This document shows positions 16,691-25,404 of a stretch of DNA of 64,000 bases, one piece after another (position 1 is the stretch's first letter; every line of letters begins with the position of its first letter). This DNA is from a virus (Duplodnaviria; Heunggongvirae; Uroviricota; Caudoviricetes). A model generated the notes under the pieces. It did not search any database, was not told the origin of the DNA, and saw only the letters and a list, made by a program, of their open reading frames with translations. The position numbers and the translations under genes are program-made. The DNA lies in IMG/VR virus record IMGVR_UViG_3300050581_000228; one strand, given 5' to 3'.

Positions 16691-18352
16691 CTAGTTGCGA
16701 ATGAAGTCCGCCATGAGGGCGGGACAGGAGGCGTCGAAGCCTACCAGGTCAAGCATCCCAGCGTCGTTCGGATCAGCGATCGTAAACCCGGTGGCCGTCA
16801 TGCCGACAACGATCAGCTTGGCGTTGATGCCCGTGGCCTGACGGTACTGCATGAGGGCCTGACTGGGATGAATCTGCCCGGCCCAGGTCTCGTTGTCCGT
16901 GTAGACCACGAAGGCGTCCACTTCGAGCCGGTGTTCGAGGGCATAGATCATTGGCAGGGCACAGTCGGTCCCGCCCATCGGAATCTGCTCGATTGCCTGG
17001 ATCACGCCGTTGAGGCCCTGCCTCTTGGAGATGTCCACGGGCACCAGTTCGTGTGAGAAGCCGACCACATGCGTCTGCGGCTCGATCTTGTGAGTCACCA
17101 TCGACATGCAGGCGACGGCCTTGCGGCAGTCCAGATGCGTATTGGCCAGGTACTCCCAGCCCATCGACCCTGACACGTCCAGGGCCAACAGATGCCGCTT
17201 GCCGGTCGGCTCGACGGCATCGAAAGCCGAGTAGAAGGCATCCTCCAATGCAGCCGTGACTTGCTGTACCGGCTGCCATGTGAGGCTGCCTTTGATCCCG
17301 TGCCCTTGCCCGTAAGTGTCGGCTGCAATCAGAACGGACAATGGATGCACACGAGCACCTTTGAGCCGTTCGGTGTTGGTGAGCGTGTCGCACACCAGCT
17401 TCGTCGCTAGCGATAATGGCTTGAGCAGGCCCACGCTGGTCATCTTGCCGAGGTTGCGAATCATGGCCGTGGGCGGCAGATTCGGCAGCAAGGCGTCCCA
17501 GACCGCTGGGCTGCCAAGCAGCGTATTCGGCACGTGTTCCAAGGTCAGGCCGAAGGCTTGGATCAGCCGGACGGCCTCCTTCTCGTCACTGGGACCGAGC
17601 TTGTTGATCTCATTGAAGCCGGTGACGATCCGCAGATCACATGAACACGGCGGAAGCTCGCCCTTGGTAATCCAGTGATACAGGGCGTTGTGGTCGGAAT
17701 CAGTCGCCACCGGATGGCTCAGTCGCAGCACGTCGCGGTGCGTATAGCCAGCCCGGTTGCGGTACTTCGTGACTTGATAGGCCAGCTTGTCAGCAGGTTT
17801 CGTGTTGTACCAGACCGCAACCGCTTCACGTAGACCACGGCCCCAGCCGCGCAGTTCTTTGCAGTTGGCGACGAATTGGAACAAGTGCGTTGAAGTTCGG
17901 CACACGTGCGGGACAAAGCCAAGAGCCATGCGCCGAGCCGAATCGTTGTCCATCTGACTGGCCAAGAGTGCCAAAGCGAAGATCGCGGCGTCATTCTTGG
18001 GAGCACGTCCCGACTCGCTGATGGAAACAATCGTATCGACGGTCTGCGTTGGGTTGGCAGCCGCACACTCGATCACCACGGCGGCATTGTCAGCCGTCAA
18101 CTGGCGCTCGCCCACGTAGTAGGTGCCGCCCTCGCTGCCCAAGATCAAGAACCGCTCTAGTCTGCTCCAGCAATCCAGCGTATGGTTGTAGCCACCAGCA
18201 TTGTTCTGCGCCTGGCGTTTGCCAGGGATCGGCAGGCTCTGCGGGGTGACTCGGGACGACACGTGCTTGGCTAGGGTCTTCATCCAACGATCTCCAAGTG
18301 AAAGAATTGGGCGAGGAACTGCCGTGGGTGTCATCATTGCCAGATAACCCAC
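16691..18352 (-). CDS. rsr: Ro60/Rsr-like protein (TROVE-like helical N-terminal region plus C-terminal vWA domain with MIDAS)
   Basis: 553 aa, GTG start. C-terminal vWA HLLALDVSGSMG...GGTDCALPM (DxSxS...T MIDAS) preceded by about 350 aa of helical repeats. Size and architecture match Ro60 orthologs. Y-RNA-like motifs lie on both sides. Confidence 0.7.
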   Translation of the reverse strand: MGYLAMMTPTAVPRPILSLGDRWMKTLAKHVSSRVTPQSLPIPGKRQAQNNAGGYNHTLDCWSRLERFLILGSEGGTYYVGERQLTADNAAVVIECAAANPTQTVDTIVSISESGRAPKNDAAIFALALLASQMDNDSARRMALGFVPHVCRTSTHLFQFVANCKELRGWGRGLREAVAVWYNTKPADKLAYQVTKYRNRAGYTHRDVLRLSHPVATDSDHNALYHWITKGELPPCSCDLRIVTGFNEINKLGPSDEKEAVRLIQAFGLTLEHVPNTLLGSPAVWDALLPNLPPTAMIRNLGKMTSVGLLKPLSLATKLVCDTLTNTERLKGARVHPLSVLIAADTYGQGHGIKGSLTWQPVQQVTAALEDAFYSAFDAVEPTGKRHLLALDVSGSMGWEYLANTHLDCRKAVACMSMVTHKIEPQTHVVGFSHELVPVDISKRQGLNGVIQAIEQIPMGGTDCALPMIYALEHRLEVDAFVVYTDNETWAGQIHPSQALMQYRQATGINAKLIVVGMTATGFTIADPNDAGMLDLVGFDASCPALMADFIRN

Positions 18353-18442
18353 GCGCTTCGGCCCAATGTTTTGCCGGGCAAGGAATGCCGATCGGTGTTT
18401 GTCAACTGAAGGTGAGATAACCGATGCAGCTTCGGCCCGGAG

Positions 18443-18572
18443 GCACGCCGGTAGGACTCGAACCTACGACCACAGGTTCCCTTTGTGATAACGCTCCCGA
18501 TTCGGCCCATCAGGCAAGAGACTCGAAAGCGATTTCTGATACCTGCGCTCTGACCAACTGAGCTACGGCGTA
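18443..18572 (-). ncRNA. tRNA-like gene 1 with about 56-63 nt intervening module inside the anticodon stem-loop (Y-RNA-like/intron-like)
   Basis: Acceptor TACGCCG/CGGCGTG. D-arm GCTC-AGTTGGTCA-GAGC. Anticodon stem CAGGT...ACCTG enclosing 63 nt. Variable loop TGGTC. T-arm GTAGG-TTCGAGT-CCTAC. The insert contains CGCUUUC...UCUCUUGCC...UGGGCCGAAUCGGGAGCGUUAUC. Confidence 0.5.
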
Positions 18573-18581
18573 CACGAGAGC

Positions 18582-18701
18582 GGACACCGGCGGGGATCGA
18601 ACCCGCAACACCCCGTTATCAGCGGATAACGCTTTGCCTTCGGCCCAGAGGGCAAGAGATGGAAAGCGCGTTAGGTGCTTTGCCGATTAAGCTACGGCGT
18701 C
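18582..18701 (-). ncRNA. tRNA-like gene 2 with 49 nt homologous module between the D-arm and an anticodon-arm-like hairpin (loop CUGAUAA, would read GAU)
   Basis: Acceptor GACGCCG/CGGTGTC (one G-U pair). D-arm GCTT-AATCGGCA-AAGC. T-arm GCGGG-TTCGATC-CCCGC. Insert CGCUUUCC AUCUCUUGCC CUC UGGGCCGAAGG CAAAGCGUUAUC, with outer stem CGCUUU/AAAGCG covarying against CGCUUUC/GGGAGCG in gene 1. Confidence 0.5.
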
Positions 18702-18709
18702 CAAATCGT

Positions 18710-18743
18710 TCTCTATTTAAGACGACAGGCGGGGAGGGGTTTT
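18710..18743 (-). promoter_or_regulatory. conserved 34 bp promoter-like motif immediately upstream of tRNA-like gene 2 (identical copy upstream of the 61667 ORF)
   Basis: TCTCTATTTAAGACGACAGGCGGGGAGGGGTTTT here equals the reverse complement of 61609-61643, which lies 24 nt upstream of a plus-strand start codon. Confidence 0.4.
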
Positions 18744-19549
18744 GCCGTCAGATTTTGTCCCGTTTTTGCCAATTCAATGTCCTGATCGAACTCGTCATCG
18801 CTGATATAACCCGCACACCATGCGCCCATCCGCGTAGCGAGACCTTCAAGGCCGGCTTCCAGCAATTGCCCGATGCGGGCATTGATCTCCTCCTTGCCTC
18901 GCCGATACCGGAACTTCCTGCGATACCGAGGGTTGACGATGAGCTTCCGCTTGTGCTTGCCCCGAGCCGCAATGATTTCATCGGCCGCCTGAATTTGCTC
19001 ATCGGCGGGGAGCTTCACGAGGGCATCCACGTCGAGCAAAGTCAGCATCCGGGCGGCGACCTTCTCACGGAGTTCCTCGGGAAGCTCCATGATCCGTAGC
19101 CGCTGATGCACCCACCGCGTATCGCGGTTCATTTCCTGGGCGATCGTCCGCAACGATGTGCCGGCGGGAAAACGACGAGCAATCGCTTGTGCCTGTTCGA
19201 GCGGATTGAGGTCTTCGCGCTCCAAGTTCTCGGTCAGGTTTAGAATCTCTGCCGCACGGTCAGTAAGACCTTGCCGGATGTTCGCCGGGATATTGGTCCA
19301 TCTCAGAAACGTCTTGACCGCCGCCAGACGGCGGAAACCGGCGACCAGGCGGTATGGCTCAATGAAGCCGACCTGACTGTCCTCGCGCCGCTGGAGGATC
19401 ACCGGGATTTCAAGCCCGGCTTGCGCGATGTTGTCGGCCAGCCCCTTCACGGACTGAAACGTGAACACATTGCGGCAATTGAAATCAGGATCGACCCAGA
19501 TGTCGGCCAGCGGAACGTCGTATGCGTCGTAACGACTAAGGCGTTCCAT
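18713..19549 (-). CDS. ParB-like nuclease domain protein
   Basis: Start MERLSRYDAYD. ParB box PYRLVAGFRRLAA (GxRRxxA). Confidence 0.65.
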   Translation of the reverse strand: MERLSRYDAYDVPLADIWVDPDFNCRNVFTFQSVKGLADNIAQAGLEIPVILQRREDSQVGFIEPYRLVAGFRRLAAVKTFLRWTNIPANIRQGLTDRAAEILNLTENLEREDLNPLEQAQAIARRFPAGTSLRTIAQEMNRDTRWVHQRLRIMELPEELREKVAARMLTLLDVDALVKLPADEQIQAADEIIAARGKHKRKLIVNPRYRRKFRYRRGKEEINARIGQLLEAGLEGLATRMGAWCAGYISDDEFDQDIELAKTGQNLTAKPLPACRLK

Positions 19550-19565
19550 AGATACCTCGGTAGAC

Positions 19566-19592
19566 GAAAAACGGCCCGGCCGAAGCCGGGCC
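19566..19592 (-). terminator. rho-independent terminator downstream of tRNA-Asn
   Basis: Minus-strand GCCCGGCTTCGGCCGGGCC followed by GTTTTTCG. Confidence 0.55.
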
Positions 19593-19595
19593 AAA

Positions 19596-19670
19596 GGCTG
19601 CATCGCCTGGGGTCGAACCAGGAACCACAGCATTAACAGTGCCGCGCTCTACCATTTGAGCTACGATGCA
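19596..19670 (-). tRNA. tRNA-Asn (anticodon GTT)
   Basis: TGCATCG-TA-GCTC/AAATGGTA/GAGC-G-CGGCA/CTGTTAA/TGCTG-TGGTT-CCTGG/TTCGACC/CCAGG-CGATGCA-G-CC. Confidence 0.8.
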
Positions 19671-19676
19671 GTGAGA

Positions 19677-20015
19677 CTAGCTCAGGGTATCGGTCACGAG
19701 CGAGTCAAGCGGTACGCTGGCCGAAACGGCGCACTCCCTGCGAGGAAATGGGATGATGTACTCTCGGTCCTCCGGTTTATCTGGGCCGTGAGCGGTCAGG
19801 GCATTGACACCCTCTTTGCCAACCGGCTCATAGGTCTCGCGGAAGATGTCGTCCTTGCAGGGATAAAGTTCGCCCTTAACGCCCTGGACGATCCAATCGC
19901 CAGGCTCGACGATCAAGTCCTGACCGTGAAGTGTCTGGTTTCCGGGGATCACAACCCGCTGCATGACGCGCTCGGCATTGACAACTACGGGCTTCTTACG
20001 AAAGGCAGCAGGCAT
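19677..20015 (-). CDS. hypothetical protein
   Basis: Probable start MPAAFRKKPVVVNAERV; no motif recognised. Confidence 0.4.
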   Translation of the reverse strand: MPAAFRKKPVVVNAERVMQRVVIPGNQTLHGQDLIVEPGDWIVQGVKGELYPCKDDIFRETYEPVGKEGVNALTAHGPDKPEDREYIIPFPRRECAVSASVPLDSLVTDTLS

Positions 20016-20156
20016 TACGAATCTCCAAAGAACCCGGCCGGGGCCAGACGATCCGGCGAGTCCGGCCGGGAGCAAATGGCGGCGGGTCCGGGCGAAATCT
20101 GAGGCCAATCAACCTCTAGCTCTCTGGCTACGTTCGCCGCTTTGCCGCCACCTCGA

Positions 20157-21470
20157 TCATTTGAGTGGGCCGATGTCCCGGCCGCCGTCGATGATGTAGC
20201 GCTGCGGCCCATTCTTTTCATTCTCGTGCCGCAGCTTCACGTTCAGACGCCACGTCAATCCATGCTTTGGATTGACTCCGTGAAACCACTGGGCCGGCTC
20301 CCGGTAGCCCGACAGGCTGTTGTACGCAAAGGCGTCGGTTCCGAGCCAACTGCCGTTGACCAGGAGTTCGCCATCCACGTCAGACAGAGTGCTTGCCGCA
20401 TGGTGGTGGCCACAGCAGAAGTAGCGGCATCGCTTGGCACCGGCCGCCGCACCCAGGGCGATCAAGCCCTTCTGACGCCGGACCATGCCGTACCACGGGA
20501 TTCCAAGGCTGCTGCGGCAATCGTCGCCATGCGAAACGTTGAAGCCGACACCGTTGATGTTGACGTTCGCCGACCAGGCGTCCGGGATCGTGAAGTAGAC
20601 GTTCTCCAAGCCACGGCAATGCAGCCGGGCGATCTCCCCGACCAGGTAGTCCCAGTTATCATGGGCACCGAGGTAGTCTTTCTTTGGTGTCCGCCGGCCG
20701 TGGTTGCCCGCAAGATACAGGACGTTGACCTGCTCGAAGTGGGCCGCTAGGTCGCGGTACATCAGCGCGTGAAGCTGGCCGATCGCCAGGCAGTTCTTGA
20801 ACTGGTTGCGGTAGTAGCTTCGCTCGCAGGCCCGGTGGATTTCACCGCTCGTGAAGTCCCCGTAAGCCAGCACCCAGAGCACCGGGAAGTGGAACTTGGG
20901 ACTCAGGGTGTTCTGCGTCCATTCCACGACGGTATTGACGTAGCGCTCAGCGCGGGCGCACGAGATCGGAAAGTTGTATTCTTCCAATCCACCGACCTCT
21001 TCTGGCCGCACAACGGCGTCGTGATGACCGTCGCTCATGTGCATCACGCAATGCTCGACGATCTGTGCCTTTGGCCGCAAGACGATCTGTGACGGCAACG
21101 CCCTGAAAGGCTTGATCCGCTGCTCCATCTCGGCGGTGATCGCCCGGAACAGTCCTTGCGTCTTGGCGCTGGCCTTGCTCTTGGCCCGCTCTCGATTTCG
21201 CTCCTCGGTCAGATGGATGACCTCGGCCTCAAGCTCCAAGATGCGCTTGTTCGTCGGATCATGGTCCTCCAACTTCTTTCGCTGTCCGCCGGCTTTCTTC
21301 GGTGCGGGTTCGCCATTCGGCCACGGAACTTCCTTGTAGGCACGCCCTGTGGCAATATCGCTGACCAGGGATCGGCTTACCCTGTGCTTCTTGGCGATCG
21401 CCGCTTGAGTCATCCCATTACTGACGAGATCGGCCTTGATGCGCGCGGCCTTGTCCAGGTTCATCGTCAC
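20157..21470 (-). CDS. metallophosphoesterase with N-terminal HTH domain and coiled-coil linker
   Basis: HTH MTQAAIAKKHRVSRSLVSDIATGR. Metallophosphatase motifs VMHMSDGHHD, GNHG, GHHH. Confidence 0.7.
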   Translation of the reverse strand: MTMNLDKAARIKADLVSNGMTQAAIAKKHRVSRSLVSDIATGRAYKEVPWPNGEPAPKKAGGQRKKLEDHDPTNKRILELEAEVIHLTEERNRERAKSKASAKTQGLFRAITAEMEQRIKPFRALPSQIVLRPKAQIVEHCVMHMSDGHHDAVVRPEEVGGLEEYNFPISCARAERYVNTVVEWTQNTLSPKFHFPVLWVLAYGDFTSGEIHRACERSYYRNQFKNCLAIGQLHALMYRDLAAHFEQVNVLYLAGNHGRRTPKKDYLGAHDNWDYLVGEIARLHCRGLENVYFTIPDAWSANVNINGVGFNVSHGDDCRSSLGIPWYGMVRRQKGLIALGAAAGAKRCRYFCCGHHHAASTLSDVDGELLVNGSWLGTDAFAYNSLSGYREPAQWFHGVNPKHGLTWRLNVKLRHENEKNGPQRYIIDGGRDIGPLK

Positions 21471-21480
21471 TTGTCCTCCG

Positions 21481-23487
21481 CTAGGCCACGAGTTCTTCGA
21501 TCATTACTTCATCGTCGCTGCCCTCAACGTCGAGAGCATCGCTGAACTCACCCAAGGTCATCAGTTCCAGACGACGATTGGCCTGGATGACTTCAAGCAC
21601 TCGTTCATCGGTCGGCAGGTGAATCAGGTCCACGATTTCGCAGCCAAGGTTCTCGTCCATGCCTTTGCGGTGAATTCGGTCTTCACTCTGAGCACGATAC
21701 TCCGGCTTGAAGCTGTTGCTCCAATACACGGCCATCCTCGCCTCGACCAGCGTAAGGCTCATGCCGCCGGATTCCGGGTGCGAAACGAAAGCCACGCGCT
21801 CGTTCGCGCGATCGGCCCAGAAGTCCAAGGCGTCTTCACCCTTCCGAGTGACAACGTTGCCTTGATGGTCAGTGACCTCAAACCCACGGCCGTCGCATCG
21901 CAGCACCGACCAAGCCTCCTTGCGGCAAATGCCGGTGACCCGATCGACGCTGCCGGTAAACCCGGCGAACACGACGATCCGGCCATTCTCCTCACATTCT
22001 TCGAGGAGCTTCCTGAGAGCCTTCTCCTTCGGGCACGCAACCTCGCGGGCGATCCGCACCATCTTGGGCACGGTCTTCGAGCCGCCGCAGCGCGGGCATG
22101 GAACCCGCCTCTTTTGGAGCTTGGCGGCGAACTCTTCGCTCAGCATGTCGATCGTGCTGTAGGTGGCCTCCTCATCCTCGGGGTCAAACCACTCCTCAAC
22201 CTCGCCACAAGACTCTGGACAATGCGGACAGCGAACCTCGCCGTCCTGTACCTCCCGATACTGGAAGCCGTCGCTCAACTCGCGGAGCAGCGTCAGGCCC
22301 GTAATCGTATTTGGGGCACCGTCCATGATCGCCTGGGCCACCCTCAGCGCGCTGGGATGCGGCTTGCAGATGATCTTGCGGTATCGCTTCTCGGGCAGAG
22401 TCAAGCAATCCTTCTTGTGCTTGATGACCACGAGGCCCTTGAGCCGCTCGTACATATAGGCGACTTCATTGAAGCTCGGCTCGAACGGATGAAACTCATC
22501 GTGGTCAATGAACCCATCAAGCTGATGCGGCCCGTCGTTCTCGAAAAGACCGCAATGCTTGCACTTGTGTTCGTCGTCCTTCCAACCGATCCGCTTGGGG
22601 TACATTCCGGCGTCGAACTGCTTTATCACGACGAAAGCACAGCGGTGCTCAAGCGCCTTGCGACTGCCTTCCCGCAGGAAACCGGGCCATGCGATCTCGC
22701 ATTGGCTCCACCAGTCGAGAGGCGACTTCGGCGACGGCGTACCGCTCATCTCGATCACATAGCCGTCGAGACCATACTTCTCACGGATGAGGTCCGCCAA
22801 CTGCTGCGCGGCTTCGGTGCGCTGGCTGGTATCGCCTTTGAGCCGGCTCGATTCGTCGAAGATCACTCCTTGCGGAAGCTCGTTTTCGGGCCTCCAGTCC
22901 GTCATCCGGCGTTTGAGTTCCTCGTAGGTGATGAACTCGATGCGGATGGAGCCTGAAAAATCGAAGCCCCACTTGGCAAACTCGCGCTTGATGTTGGGGA
23001 TCGAACTCTTGGGACCGACCCACCACCAATGGAGAACGCCGCTCTTCTCAATCACCTTCTGCGCCGAGAGGGTCTTTCCCGTGCCCATTTCCGCCGCCCA
23101 GAGTTGATAGTGGTAAGTCAAGCCACTATCAGACAGATCGCACTGATGGGCCATCAGCGGCGTAGACTCCCCATTGAGCCGCGCATCGGAGTAGTCGTGC
23201 CGGACGAGATCGCGGTCAAACCAGGCATACACGTCCTCGCCCATCAAGAAGCCAAGCTGAAAGCGGTTGCGAGGGCAATCCTCGACCGACCAGATTTTTC
23301 GGCCGTCCTCATCGTCATCGCGGCCATGCCAGCGCGATCCGCGCATGGCCTTGATCTCTTCCTTTAGGCTGAACGGCGACTTGAGGAACCAGATTCGACC
23401 ATCTCTATACTCCAAGGTGGCCGCCGAACGGATAAGCCTGCCGCTTGAGGTCCGGGTCGTGAGTTTGCAGTTGATGGTTTCAGGCAT
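21481..23487 (-). CDS. SNF2/DEAD-like superfamily 2 helicase with zinc-ribbon insertions
   Basis: Walker A AAEMGTGKT. DExx box VIFDESSRLK. C-terminal helicase domain VVFAGFTGSVDR ... SGGMSLTL. Cys clusters CKHCG, CPHCPESCG, CPRCGG. Confidence 0.7.
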   Translation of the reverse strand: MPETINCKLTTRTSSGRLIRSAATLEYRDGRIWFLKSPFSLKEEIKAMRGSRWHGRDDDEDGRKIWSVEDCPRNRFQLGFLMGEDVYAWFDRDLVRHDYSDARLNGESTPLMAHQCDLSDSGLTYHYQLWAAEMGTGKTLSAQKVIEKSGVLHWWWVGPKSSIPNIKREFAKWGFDFSGSIRIEFITYEELKRRMTDWRPENELPQGVIFDESSRLKGDTSQRTEAAQQLADLIREKYGLDGYVIEMSGTPSPKSPLDWWSQCEIAWPGFLREGSRKALEHRCAFVVIKQFDAGMYPKRIGWKDDEHKCKHCGLFENDGPHQLDGFIDHDEFHPFEPSFNEVAYMYERLKGLVVIKHKKDCLTLPEKRYRKIICKPHPSALRVAQAIMDGAPNTITGLTLLRELSDGFQYREVQDGEVRCPHCPESCGEVEEWFDPEDEEATYSTIDMLSEEFAAKLQKRRVPCPRCGGSKTVPKMVRIAREVACPKEKALRKLLEECEENGRIVVFAGFTGSVDRVTGICRKEAWSVLRCDGRGFEVTDHQGNVVTRKGEDALDFWADRANERVAFVSHPESGGMSLTLVEARMAVYWSNSFKPEYRAQSEDRIHRKGMDENLGCEIVDLIHLPTDERVLEVIQANRRLELMTLGEFSDALDVEGSDDEVMIEELVA

Positions 23488-24010
23488 GGTATTCCAGCAG
23501 AAAGCCGCTGCGATCAGGAGCCGTCGTGCGCTCGAAGTTGCTCCAGACGGAAGTCAACCCCGCCCGATCAAACAGCAGAAGGATTTTCGAGTAACAGGTT
23601 CGTACAGTTGGCGGGCTGGCATCGTTCGTTCCGGCGGCCACGGCGTCTCGCCACTGCGCGAGAGTCCCGGTGAGGACGGCCAGGTTGACGCCTGGCGCGG
23701 TCGTTTCGCCCCGGACGAAGGACATGCCGGAAGTGCGTTCAAGGATGTCCAGCAGATCACGCTCATCGGCGATCACAAGCACGCTGAACGAAACGTGCGA
23801 AAGAAGGCTTGGGGTGATCTCCGCGTCCTGTTCCTTCAAGGACGCCAGACAGGACAGAAACTTCTCTGCGTCGGCCAACTTGCGGTGGCTGGCGTCGGCA
23901 GCGCCGGCGATGTTGTAGCCTAGAGCGTGGTGCGACAGACTCAGGAGCGTCGTAAAGTCGATCGCCGGTGTCGTAATGAGTACGGTTTCAACGGGCATTC
24001 CTATCCTCAC
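23480..24010 (-). CDS. hypothetical protein
   Basis: ORF in the operon; start MRIGMPVETV or MPVETV. Confidence 0.4.
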   Translation of the reverse strand: MRIGMPVETVLITTPAIDFTTLLSLSHHALGYNIAGAADASHRKLADAEKFLSCLASLKEQDAEITPSLLSHVSFSVLVIADERDLLDILERTSGMSFVRGETTAPGVNLAVLTGTLAQWRDAVAAGTNDASPPTVRTCYSKILLLFDRAGLTSVWSNFERTTAPDRSGFLLEYHA

Positions 24011-24285
24011 GTCATCGTCTCGACTTCAATCATGCTCTCGAACTCAGGCTCAAAACTCGCCAGAAACTCCTCGATGATCCCATCCCGGACATGCTCCGCG
24101 TCACACGATTGCGAGACCGCCGAAAGCTCGACGGCAAAGGCAACGTCCTCCTCCGGTGCCACAAAGGCGTAGTCAACCACGGCCCACCAGCCACCTGACG
24201 ATAGACCATCAAGCACCGCTCGAATGGCCCGACGTGATGGCCGTGGCTTCCACTTGCCTTCATAGAGCAGCAGTCTGTACTCCAT
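24007..24285 (-). CDS. hypothetical protein
   Basis: Probable start MEYRLLLYEG; acidic C-terminus. Confidence 0.3.
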   Translation of the reverse strand: MEYRLLLYEGKWKPRPSRRAIRAVLDGLSSGGWWAVVDYAFVAPEEDVAFAVELSAVSQSCDAEHVRDGIIEEFLASFEPEFESMIEVETMT

Positions 24286-24660
24286 AACGCACCACAAGAG
24301 ATGGCCGGTTACTGCGTGTTTCGCTGGCGTCGGTATAATCTCCGCTACTCCACACGCCCTTGTTGAACTGTCCCACCCTCGGCTGCCCACCACCGAAACA
24401 TGCGGCAGCCGCCCTCACCGGCCTTGCAAACCCGTCCATGATGCGCGTCCAACAGGAGAGGCGCGACGGGTGTGATCTGCAATCGCCGCCAGAAAGACGG
24501 CGAAAGATTCCGATCCACACATGGCGGATGGATCAAGAGAATCGCTGATTCGCCAGGCTGGCTCAGCGGTAAGCCTTTGCAGGTTCGCCTGCCGCCGGCA
24601 GGGAACGTCCGACGCCGTAGAGCACGGCGTCTAATGCTCCTTCCGCACGTGGCGGATGAG

Positions 24661-25404
24661 CTACCGAGCGCGGGCCTTCTTGCCCGGCTCCTCCTTCACT
24701 GCCTCGACATCGCCGCTCTTGGCGGTGACGAACTTCTGAATCTCCGCAACGATGGTCTCCTGCGGCGGAAGATTCGTGAACGGCACCGAGCACGGCTGAA
24801 CATCGGGCACGTGCCAGGAATAGCCCTTCTTGCTCTTCGCCAGCCGCGCCTTGAGGGTGCAGGGCTTCGGCCCGTGCGGCTCCATCTTGCTCACGTCCGC
24901 GCCGCCGGCCTTCTTGCGGTCGATGTCGGCCTGAGTGAGCGGACAGAACACGGCGATGTCGCTGGCGATCGGGCGGGTGCTCTTGCCGCCGCAGAAGAAC
25001 TCCAGCAGGCGGCCAGTGCTGCGCTCGACTACCAGAAAGCTGATGCCGTACTGGCAGCGCGATTCCGGCTCCTCGCTACGGGCCGCGATGTCCTTGAACG
25101 TGTCGGAAGTCGGGTCATAGTTGACGATCACCGCATCCGAGTCGCTCATGTCGAGCGCCTTGGTGCGCCATCCCAGGGGCAGAATGTCGATCTGCGGGCC
25201 GAGTTTGATGATACGGTCCTTGGATTCCTCGATCCCGTAGGTGCCGGGGGCGACCAGACCGAGATTGATGGCATCGCCCTTGGTGAACAGTCGCAAGCGG
25301 CCAAGGAAGCCGGACCTGCGGGAAAGTTCCGCAAACTGTTCGTCGGTGCCAAGCTGGGTGGAGGGGAGTTGGTTGAGGTCAACGGGGGTTAAAGCGGTAC
25401 TCAT
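24661..25404 (-). CDS. hypothetical protein
   Basis: 247 aa ORF with ATG start; no motif recognised. Confidence 0.4.
   Translation of the reverse strand: MSTALTPVDLNQLPSTQLGTDEQFAELSRRSGFLGRLRLFTKGDAINLGLVAPGTYGIEESKDRIIKLGPQIDILPLGWRTKALDMSDSDAVIVNYDPTSDTFKDIAARSEEPESRCQYGISFLVVERSTGRLLEFFCGGKSTRPIASDIAVFCPLTQADIDRKKAGGADVSKMEPHGPKPCTLKARLAKSKKGYSWHVPDVQPCSVPFTNLPPQETIVAEIQKFVTAKSGDVEAVKEEPGKKARAR

Noticed and set aside
16540-17060. Apparent frameshifts in rsr and neighbouring ORFs when translating the printed sequence
   Set aside because: ORF-track ends (16691, 16773) sit 8 nt from where the printed sequence places the stops. The printed text shows an 8 nt overlap-like duplication (gcaccagt) at the 17040/17041 line break. 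Treated as a display or numbering artefact rather than biology; coordinates in this interval are approximate.
18443-18701. Group I self-splicing introns in the two tRNA-like genes
   Set aside because: The inserts are only 49-63 nt, far shorter than group I introns, and lack P/Q/R/S elements. Archaeal BHB introns are implausible in a bacterial sigma-70/SD context. Both alternatives are kept open in the findings.
21436-22956. 506 aa plus-strand ORF
   Set aside because: Antisense shadow of the SNF2-like helicase gene.
24550-24630. tRNA-like fragment on the plus strand (GGCTCAGCGGTAAGCC D-arm-like, GCAGGTTCGCCTGC T-arm-like, GACGCCGTAGAGCACGGCGTC hairpin)
   Set aside because: No complete cloverleaf: no anticodon arm and no complementary acceptor strands. 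Possibly a decayed tRNA or attachment-site remnant; not called.
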